Positions 1 to 6,752 of a stretch of DNA of 10,857 nucleotides are shown piece by piece; position 1 is the first letter of the stretch, and each line of letters begins with the position of its first letter. The translations under genes were made by a program, and so were the position numbers. This DNA is from a bacterium (GTDB taxonomy: Bacteria > Electryoneota > Electryoneia > Electryoneales > Electryoneaceae). Location of the stretch: contig JAZDLX010000204.1 of NCBI GenBank assembly GCA_043801585.1, positions 1-10,857 of the forward strand, read 5' to 3'. The notes beneath the pieces are model-generated. The model was not told where the DNA came from. It saw nothing but the letters and a program-made list of their open reading frames with translations, and searched no databases.

Positions 1-16
1 TCCGCCAAAGGGCGGA
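1..16. repeat. Short GC-rich palindrome TCCGCC-AAAG-GGCGGA, possibly truncated by the window edge
   Basis: Perfect 6-bp stem (1-6 pairs with 11-16) with a 4-nt loop. Confidence 0.45.
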
Positions 17-146
17 CAAGTCGGAGACCCCGGCCCACTTCTTTTCCCGGAGCTTTTGTGTGTTGCTCGTTCGCAGCGCCGGGGCTACCTTCTGCATGCG
101 CGATCCGCTTTTCGCGCAGAATACGAACACTCTTGGGACGCCCCTC

Positions 147-3100
147 ATGGACAGCACTGAACGCGAACGAAGCCTTATCGAACCTGTCAACCGCTTCACC
201 GGATTCCAGCAGTTGATGCGTCAGCGGGTGAACGAAATCCTGCTGGTTTCCAGCCTCTACGACTCCTATATCCTCGCCCAGGACGGGCAAATTCAGGAGT
301 TGCTGCTCACCGAATACATGGAGCTGAACCTCCACCACTCGCCGGGGATGACCCGTGTCCCGAAGGCGTCCGAGGCGCTCTGGCTCGCCGAACATGACCC
401 TCGTTTCAATCTGGTTTTGACGACGACAAACGTCGGCGATATGAGGGCTACGGAATTCGCTCACCGGCTCAAGGAGAAGGGTGTCCGCGCGCCGGTGGTA
501 CTGCTGACCTACGACAACCGTGAGTTGGAAGACCTGATCCGGCGCGGGGAGATAGAGGCGTTTGACCATGTTTTTCTCTGGCAGGGCGATTTCCGTATCC
601 TGCTCGCGATCATCAAGCTGATCGAAGACTCGATGAACGCCGAGCATGACACCCGTGTCATGGGAGTACAGACCATCCTCCTCGTAGAGGACAACATCCG
701 ATTCTATTCGTCCTACCTCCCCATGATTTACACCGAACTCGTGCGCCAGTCCCAAAGCCTGATCGACGAGGGGATGAACATGGCTCACCAGGTCATGCGA
801 ATGCGCGCACGTCCTAAAATCCTGCTCGCGACGAAATTCGAGAATGCCTGGGACCTGTATCTGAAGTATGAAAAGCACATGCTCGGTGTGATCACCGACA
901 TCGAGTACGAAAGGGAGGGGGAGAAGGATCCGCGAGCGGGAGCGGAACTGGTCAAGAGGATACGGAAACGCCGGGATGACATCCCGATTCTGTTGCAGTC
1001 GTTCCAACCGGAAACTGCTGCGATCGCAAAAGAGGTGGGAGTGCCGTTTGTCCGCAAGGACAGCCGGACCCTGCTCAGTGAACTGCGCCATTTCATGCTG
1101 CATAATTTCGGCTTCGGGGATTTCATTTTCATGAATGCAAGTGGGCAGATTCTTGACCGTGCCCATGACCTCAAATCTCTCGAAGAAAAACTCCACACCG
1201 TTCCCGATGAATCGATCGTCTTCCATGCGGAAAGGGATCATTTCAGCAACTGGTTGAAAGCGCGAACGGAATTCGCCGTAGCCGAACGTCTGAAGCCGAG
1301 AAAAGTCTCCGAGTTTTCCACGGTCGATGCATTGCGCCAGAACCTCATCGATTCCATCCGTGAATTCCGCCATCAGCAGCGGCAGGGGATTATCGCGGAT
1401 TTCAAGATGGCGGATTTCGACCCGATGAGCAGTTTTGCACGGATCGGCGGAGGATCGCTGGGCGGAAAGGCGAGGGGGCTGGCGTTCCTCGCGAACCTGA
1501 TCAACACCAACGAGTTGACGGATCGCTGGAAGGGCGTGCACGTTGCGACGCCCGCCTCCGCAGTGCTCTCCACGGACATTTTCGATGAGTTTCTCGATGA
1601 CAACGATCTGAGAGAATTTGCCCTTCAGGAGGAAGACGGAGAGAAGATTCGAGAACGGTTTCTCGCCGGCAATTTCCCGATGCACGCCTGGGTTAAGCTT
1701 CGCGAGTTGATACAGGTGATGACCTATCCTCTTGCCGTGCGCAGCAGCGGCCTGCTGGAAGACAGCCACTATCAACCCTTTGCCGGGATCTATGACACCT
1801 TCATGATCCCGAACAATCATCCGGACATCGAAGAACGTCAGGAGGAGCTGATCCGGGCGATCAAGTTGATTTATGCTTCCACCTTCTCACATCGTGCCCG
1901 GGCGTACATCCGATCGACGCCGTACCGTCTGGAAGAGGAGAAGATGGCGGTGATCGTTCAGCGCCTGATTGGATTGAACCACCATGGACGGTATTACCCG
2001 GACTTTTCGGGCGTGGGCCGATCACACAATTTTTATCCGACTCCTCCGGCAACCTCGGCGGACGGAATCGCCAACGTGGCGCTTGGCATCGGTACCTACG
2101 TGGTCGAAGGACGGGAAGGGGTGCGTTTCTGTCCGAAATATCCCCGTCACACCGCACAATTCGGCACCGTCGAGGACATGTTGAACTACTCTCAGAAGGA
2201 GTTTTATACGCTGGACATGCCGATACCAGGGGTTGCCATCAACGTTGCGAAGCGAATGCCGGTCAATCAGCACAGTCTGGATTGTGCGGAAGAGGATGGC
2301 ACGCTTAACCTCCTGGGATCGGTGTACAGCCATGAGAACGGGGCGATTTCCGACGGGCTTGGACGGGATGGTACGCGACTGGTTTCCTTTGCGCCGATCC
2401 TGAAACACCGCATGTTCCCGCTTGCGGACATCCTGAAGACTCTGCTGGAACAGGGCGAGCGGGGAATGAGCCGCCCGGTTGAGCTGGAGTTTGCGGCGAA
2501 CGTTTCGGTCCCGCGAGGAGAAAAACAGGAATTCTATCTCCTGCAGATGCGTCCTCTCGTGCTCGCACAGGAGGTTGAAGAACTGAAGATACATGATGTG
2601 GAACAGTCGCGTCTGATCTGCCGGAGCAACAAGGTGCTCGGCATCGGAATGATCGATGATATCCGTGATGTCGTCATGGTCAATCCCCGGGATTTCGATC
2701 GCTCCACGACTCGTGAGGTGGCTCAGGAGGTTGCCAAACTGAACGCAAAATTACTCGCGGAAAACAGGCCGTACCTGCTGATCGGGATTGGCCGCTGGGG
2801 TAGCATGGATCCCTGGCTTGGCATTCCCGTGGAGTGGGACCAGATTAACGGCGTCCGTGTAATCATTGAAACCGGCTTTAACGATTTCAAGGTTCAACCG
2901 TCCGAGGGCGCTCATTTTTTCCACAACATCACCAGCCTGAGCATTGGCTATTTCACAGTGAATCCAGATGTTGGCCAGGGGAATCTTGATTGGGATTTTC
3001 TCCTCGAGCAGAAACCGGCAAAAAAAATGAAACACGTCCGCCTTCTCCGGTTCGACCTTCCACTTGTCGTGATGATGAACGGCCATAAGAACCAGGGCAT

Positions 3101-3170
3101 CATTTTCAAACCGGGAATGGCGACAAAAGAGATCAATCACATCACCGAAAAGAGTCTGGTTGATGAGTGA
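147..3170 (+). CDS. Receiver-domain-containing PEP/pyruvate-binding (PPDK_N, PEP-synthase-like ATP-grasp) protein
   Basis: The ORF is open from 60; ATG147 (MDSTERE) is preferred and ATG96 is an alternative. REC-like motifs: ILLVSS, TILLVEDN, GVITDIEY, PILLQS, VRK. PPDK_N motifs: IGGGSLGGKARGL, LAVRSSGLLEDS..FAGIY, EEEKMAVIVQ, ELEFA, LLQMRPL. The C-terminus carries GRWGSxDPWLGIPV and PSEGAHFFHN. No C-terminal pyruvate-binding TIM barrel is recognisable. Confidence 0.88.
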   Translation: MDSTERERSLIEPVNRFTGFQQLMRQRVNEILLVSSLYDSYILAQDGQIQELLLTEYMELNLHHSPGMTRVPKASEALWLAEHDPRFNLVLTTTNVGDMRATEFAHRLKEKGVRAPVVLLTYDNRELEDLIRRGEIEAFDHVFLWQGDFRILLAIIKLIEDSMNAEHDTRVMGVQTILLVEDNIRFYSSYLPMIYTELVRQSQSLIDEGMNMAHQVMRMRARPKILLATKFENAWDLYLKYEKHMLGVITDIEYEREGEKDPRAGAELVKRIRKRRDDIPILLQSFQPETAAIAKEVGVPFVRKDSRTLLSELRHFMLHNFGFGDFIFMNASGQILDRAHDLKSLEEKLHTVPDESIVFHAERDHFSNWLKARTEFAVAERLKPRKVSEFSTVDALRQNLIDSIREFRHQQRQGIIADFKMADFDPMSSFARIGGGSLGGKARGLAFLANLINTNELTDRWKGVHVATPASAVLSTDIFDEFLDDNDLREFALQEEDGEKIRERFLAGNFPMHAWVKLRELIQVMTYPLAVRSSGLLEDSHYQPFAGIYDTFMIPNNHPDIEERQEELIRAIKLIYASTFSHRARAYIRSTPYRLEEEKMAVIVQRLIGLNHHGRYYPDFSGVGRSHNFYPTPPATSADGIANVALGIGTYVVEGREGVRFCPKYPRHTAQFGTVEDMLNYSQKEFYTLDMPIPGVAINVAKRMPVNQHSLDCAEEDGTLNLLGSVYSHENGAISDGLGRDGTRLVSFAPILKHRMFPLADILKTLLEQGERGMSRPVELEFAANVSVPRGEKQEFYLLQMRPLVLAQEVEELKIHDVEQSRLICRSNKVLGIGMIDDIRDVVMVNPRDFDRSTTREVAQEVAKLNAKLLAENRPYLLIGIGRWGSMDPWLGIPVEWDQINGVRVIIETGFNDFKVQPSEGAHFFHNITSLSIGYFTVNPDVGQGNLDWDFLLEQKPAKKMKHVRLLRFDLPLVVMMNGHKNQGIIFKPGMATKEINHITEKSLVDE

Positions 3171-3185
3171 CGCAGTGCTCGTGTT

Positions 3186-3239
3186 CAAAAGTGACAGTTA
3201 CCTTTGAAAAACTGACTTCAAAGGAAACTGTCACTTTTG
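3186..3239. repeat. 23-bp inverted repeat (REP-doublet-like hairpin, possible transcript stabiliser or terminator)
   Basis: CAAAAGTGACAGTTACCTTTGAA (3186-3208) and TTCAAAGGAAACTGTCACTTTTG (3217-3239) are 22/23 complementary with an 8-nt loop. The repeat starts 15 nt after the stop of the upstream gene. Confidence 0.85.
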
Positions 3240-3331
3240 GCTCTCAGACTCCTTGTCCCTTGCCCATTCGGGGAAACGTCTCTCAGTTGGATTGGCCTTT
3301 CCGAGACGGAGCGTTTTACCTTCCAAACATT

Positions 3332-3364
3332 GGGCGATGGTATGGGGCCATTGCCCTTTTTCTT
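3332..3364 (+). terminator. Intrinsic terminator-like hairpin with U-tract just upstream of the radical SAM gene
   Basis: GGGCGATGG (3332-3340) pairs with CCATTGCCC (3348-3356): 9 bp including one G-U, loop TATGGGG, followed by TTTTTCTT. Confidence 0.6.
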
Positions 3365-3375
3365 GAGGGTTTTTG

Positions 3376-4287
3376 GTGAATCTCAATTCTTCCAAAAAGG
3401 CGAAATTGGCGAGGGATCGGCTGCCCGAGTTGAAAAAGCTGATGGCTGCTTGCCGCCTGTGTCCTCGAGAGTGTGAAGCGAAACGGTTTGCGGGAGAGTT
3501 TGGAGAGTGCGGTCTCGGACCGGAACTTCGGGTGATGTCCTCCCATCTGCACCCCGGAGAGGAACCGGCGGTCAGCGGAACTCGAGGGTCGGGGACGGTG
3601 TTTTTCTCCGGTTGCAACCTCGCCTGTCTTTTCTGCCAGAACTACGACATCAGCCACGAGCAGTTGGGGCGCGAGACGACGCCCGGGGAGCTTGGGCGCA
3701 GAATGGTCGACTTGCAGGAACTCGGCGCACATAACATCAACCTGGTCACACCGACTCCCCAGAATGCAATGATCGTGGAAGCCCTCGTATTCGCGTGGGA
3801 GAACGGCCTGAACATTCCCGTTGTTTACAACTGCGGCGGATATGAATCGCTGGAAACGCTCCATCTTCTGGACGGATTGATCGATGTCTACATGCCCGAC
3901 CTGAAGTACGGCCGGGACGAACTTGGTACAGTGTCCGGCGTTGATGATTACACAACCCGTGCAACAGCGGCATTGAAAGAGATGTGGCGGCAGGTCGGCT
4001 CTCTCGTTACCGATAAGGAAGGGATAGCGATGCGAGGGTTGATCGTTCGTCACCTGGTTCTTCCGAACGACCGGTCCGGCACCGAGGAGGTGCTTCGCTG
4101 GTTGGCGCGGGAGCTGGGACCGGAGGTCACTGTCAGCCTGATGAGCCAGTTCCATCCCCTCTACCGAGCGGGTGAAGTGGATGGATTGAATCGGAGATTG
4201 ACCAACGAAGAATACTGGAAGGCAGCGAATTTGTTGGAGGAACTCGGTCTCGAACACGGATGGGTGCAGCAGGATCCTGGAGGGTAG
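3376..4287 (+). CDS. Radical SAM protein, PflX-like (pyruvate formate-lyase activating enzyme-related, COG1313-type)
   Basis: N-terminal CRLCPREC..GECG; HPGEE..SGTRGSGTVFFSGCNLACLFCQNYDIS with CxxxCxxC at 3613-3636; GAHNINLVTPTP; YNCGGYES; DVYMPDLKYG; GLIVRHLVLP; SLMSQFHP. GTG3376 is chosen because of GAGGG at 3365-3369; TTG3373 and ATG3442 are alternatives. Confidence 0.88.
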   Translation: MNLNSSKKAKLARDRLPELKKLMAACRLCPRECEAKRFAGEFGECGLGPELRVMSSHLHPGEEPAVSGTRGSGTVFFSGCNLACLFCQNYDISHEQLGRETTPGELGRRMVDLQELGAHNINLVTPTPQNAMIVEALVFAWENGLNIPVVYNCGGYESLETLHLLDGLIDVYMPDLKYGRDELGTVSGVDDYTTRATAALKEMWRQVGSLVTDKEGIAMRGLIVRHLVLPNDRSGTEEVLRWLARELGPEVTVSLMSQFHPLYRAGEVDGLNRRLTNEEYWKAANLLEELGLEHGWVQQDPGG

Positions 4288-4325
4288 GGAAGGACCGATT
4301 CGGCGACCTCACCCTGCCTTTCCGA

Positions 4326-5624
4326 TCACCCTCCGAAATTCAGTTGTGTCCCTGGCGGAACCACAGCATCCTTGTGGATGACGAGGATACCGTCGCTCAG
4401 GGTCCACCCATCACCCTCTTTTTCCTCCTGATCCCCTCCGATCAACGTACAGCCATCCCCGATGCGTGCATTCTTGTCCACGATGGCGCGGCGGATCGTG
4501 CAATTCCTTCCAATGCCCAGGTCGGGGCTGTTTTCCGGGCGATCGAGATCGGGACGGCCAAGAGTGTCATAGTAATCCGCCCCCATCAGGATGCTTTCTT
4601 CGATTCGCGAACCCGCCCGCACGACACTCCGGACTCCGACGATGCAGCGAAAAATCGACGTCCCTTCGAGAATGCACCCCTCGCCGACGAGCGCGCGCTC
4701 GATGGAGGCACTGTTGATCTTTGAGGGGGGGAGAAACCGGGGTCTCGTGAAGATGGGCCGGACTTCATCGTAAAAAGTGAATTTCGGAACGGGGTCCGTG
4801 AACCCGAGGTTCGCATCGAAAAACGAACGGATGGTTCCGATGTCCTCCCAGTAATCGTTGAAGCGGTATCCGAAAACCTTCAGTCCGCTTTCGACGGCGA
4901 GGGGGAGAATCTGCCTGCCGAAATCCTCCGCAACGGAGTGCTTCATCAGAAGGTTTTGCATCGCCTGACGGTTGAAGACGTAAACGCCCATGTTCGCCAC
5001 ATGGAGCCCCTTCTGTACGGGCTCACCGCGCTTGAGGAAGTAGTCCGGTGGAATCTCCAATGTATCGATCACCTTGGGATCGGAGGGCTTCTCGACAAAC
5101 CGCTTGATCCGTCCCTCGTCGTCCATTTCCATGACTCCCAGTTGCGGCACCTTTTCGCGGGGCACCTCAAGCGCGGCGATGGTGACATCCGCCCCGTGTT
5201 TGCGGTGTTCACGCACCATCTCCGCGTAGTCCATCCGGTAGATATGATCGCCGGAGAGGATGGCGTATTCGGTGAAATGATAACGCTTGGTGTGGTGAAG
5301 GGTTTTGCGAACGGCGTCGGCTGTTCCCTCGTACCAGTCGCTTCCCTCCGAGTCCGTTTGTTCGGCCGAAAGGATGTTGACGAATCCGCGCCGGTAGGGG
5401 TCGAACCGGAAGGTCTGGGCGACGTGATGGTTCAGGCTTTGTGCAAGGAATTGGGTGAGCACGAAGATTCGGTTGATGCCGGCGTTCAGACAGTTGGAGA
5501 TCGGGATGTCGATCAGCCGATACTTGCCGGCGAGGGATACGGCGGGTTTGCTGCGTTCTTTGGTCAGGGGGTAGAGGCGAGTGCCGCGGCCACCACCGAG
5601 AATGAGAGCAAGAACGTTATGCAT
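4326..5624 (-). CDS. glgC: Glucose-1-phosphate adenylyltransferase (ADP-glucose pyrophosphorylase)
   Basis: ILGGGRGTRLYPLTKERSKPAV, KYRLIDIPISNC, WYEGTADAVR, ILSGDHIYRMDY, FVEKP, YWEDIGTI, and a C-terminal beta-helix (IVDKNARIG). Purine-rich SD GGGAAGGAAG lies before the ATG. Confidence 0.97.
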   Translation of the reverse strand: MHNVLALILGGGRGTRLYPLTKERSKPAVSLAGKYRLIDIPISNCLNAGINRIFVLTQFLAQSLNHHVAQTFRFDPYRRGFVNILSAEQTDSEGSDWYEGTADAVRKTLHHTKRYHFTEYAILSGDHIYRMDYAEMVREHRKHGADVTIAALEVPREKVPQLGVMEMDDEGRIKRFVEKPSDPKVIDTLEIPPDYFLKRGEPVQKGLHVANMGVYVFNRQAMQNLLMKHSVAEDFGRQILPLAVESGLKVFGYRFNDYWEDIGTIRSFFDANLGFTDPVPKFTFYDEVRPIFTRPRFLPPSKINSASIERALVGEGCILEGTSIFRCIVGVRSVVRAGSRIEESILMGADYYDTLGRPDLDRPENSPDLGIGRNCTIRRAIVDKNARIGDGCTLIGGDQEEKEGDGWTLSDGILVIHKDAVVPPGTQLNFGG

Positions 5625-5736
5625 CTTCCTTCCCCCCAGCTTGTCTCATGGCACCTGGTACTTGTCCTGCGAAGAGGTCCGAATACCATGGGGAATCTAC
5701 ACTCTCATGCATGCCTCGTTGCCAGTGGCAATGGCA

Positions 5737-6441
5737 TCAAGTTTCTTCCAGGGACATTTGCAACTCTTTGAGAATCTTCAGCGTCGAGGACGTTCCAATC
5801 CGCCTCGCTCCAGCCTCCACCATGGCTTGCAGGGTTTTCAGTGTGCGAATGCCACCCGATGCCTTGACCGCACCACCCTTCGACGTCGCCACCTTTGCCA
5901 TCAGTTGTATCGCGTGAACGGTGGCGCCGCCCGTTGAAAACCCGGTGGACGATTTGACGAATTCAGCTCCGGCATCAAACGCGGTTTCGCTGGCGTGGAT
6001 AATTTCCTCATCCGTCAGTTCGCTCGTTTCGAGGATCACCTTGAGCAGCGCTGATCCGATTGCGGCCTTCACCGTGCTGATCGAACCGCCCACGATCTCC
6101 CAGTTGCCCATTTTCGCGCGGCCGAGGGGGATTACCATGTCTACCTCCTCGGCGCCTTCGCGGACGGCGCGGTCCGCCTCGAACGCAATCGATTGGGGGC
6201 GATGAGCGCCGGAGGGAAAACCAACAACTGTGCACACCTTGACCTTGGATCCCCTGAGCACTTCGGCAACGTTGCTGACCCAGATGGGGTGGACGCAGAC
6301 GGATGCGACGCTGGATGCGAGACCCTCTGACGCGACCTGGATGATTTCTTTTCGAGTTGCCGATGGACGGAGCAGTGTGTGATCGATCATGGCGGCGAGG
6401 TCGACAGGTTTATCGGGCCACCAGGGGTTCTGCAGGGTCAT
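5737..6441 (-). CDS. deoC: Deoxyribose-phosphate aldolase
   Basis: [38 protein letters not shown] (Schiff-base Lys), [22 protein letters not shown] overlap with the upstream gene at 6438-6441. Confidence 0.97.
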   Translation of the reverse strand: MTLQNPWWPDKPVDLAAMIDHTLLRPSATRKEIIQVASEGLASSVASVCVHPIWVSNVAEVLRGSKVKVCTVVGFPSGAHRPQSIAFEADRAVREGAEEVDMVIPLGRAKMGNWEIVGGSISTVKAAIGSALLKVILETSELTDEEIIHASETAFDAGAEFVKSSTGFSTGGATVHAIQLMAKVATSKGGAVKASGGIRTLKTLQAMVEAGARRIGTSSTLKILKELQMSLEET

Positions 6442-6752
6442 GCAACCCTCACGGCGGTGCCGGAGGCGGTCACCATCAGCATTCCTTCACGGAGGACTTC
6501 GTAATCGAGGTCGACGCCGACCACTGCGTTGGCGCCTTTCGCAGCGGCTTCCTGCTCCATCTCACGGATTGCGATATCACGGGCATCCCGCAGTTTGGAC
6601 TCGTAGGCTCCGCTGCGGCCGCCGATCACATCGGTGATGATGCCGGAGAGTTCGCGGAAGACATTGGCACCCATGATCGCTTCTCCCGCGATGACACCCA
6701 GGTACTGCTGGATGGTTTTACCCTCGACGGAGGGGGTAGTGGTCACAGTCAC
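6438..6752 (-). CDS. ybjQ: YbjQ/UPF0145 family protein (putative heavy-metal-binding)
   Basis: [60 protein letters not shown]. The GTG start overlaps the mutase stop (GTGA, 6749-6752). Confidence 0.93.
   Translation of the reverse strand: MTVTTTPSVEGKTIQQYLGVIAGEAIMGANVFRELSGIITDVIGGRSGAYESKLRDARDIAIREMEQEAAAKGANAVVGVDLDYEVLREGMLMVTASGTAVRVA

Noticed and set aside
2915..3027. Homopolymer runs T7 (2915-2921) and A8 (3020-3027) as phase-variation or frameshift sites
   Set aside because: Short, in frame, and explained by His-Phe-Phe and Ala-Lys-Lys-Met codons
3186..3239. Possible mini-CRISPR array
   Set aside because: Only two units, inverted, with an 8-nt gap; no spacers and no cas genes
3205..3330. 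GACTTCAAA resembling the tRNA-Sec anticodon loop; SRP RNA and 6S RNA also considered
   Set aside because: No cloverleaf, T-loop GTTCGA or acceptor stem, and no SRP GGAAGGAAGCAG-type motif; the bases are explained by the inverted repeat
3332..3356. GGCGATGG resembling the start of a fluoride riboswitch
   Set aside because: The downstream pseudoknot and conserved 3' elements are missing, and the sequence forms a simple hairpin
3316..4257. 313-aa antisense ORF opposite the radical SAM gene
   Set aside because: Almost entirely shadows a well-supported gene and has no recognisable motifs; long antisense frames are expected with GC-rich codon bias
4279..4287. C-terminal Gly-Gly on the radical SAM protein (and GlgC) as a ubiquitin-like/sulfur-carrier tag, or TAG read-through
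   Set aside because: No beta-grasp domain, E1/ThiF, JAB or pyl genes nearby; better explained by the DNA inverted repeat or chance
5706..5726. Sigma54-like TGGCA...TGC on the minus strand upstream of glgC
   Set aside because: The GG-to-GC spacing is 11 nt, not the strict 10 nt
4938..5771. 277-aa + strand ORF opposite glgC, and other short alternative-frame ORFs in the track
   Set aside because: They overlap confident genes and lack independent coding evidence
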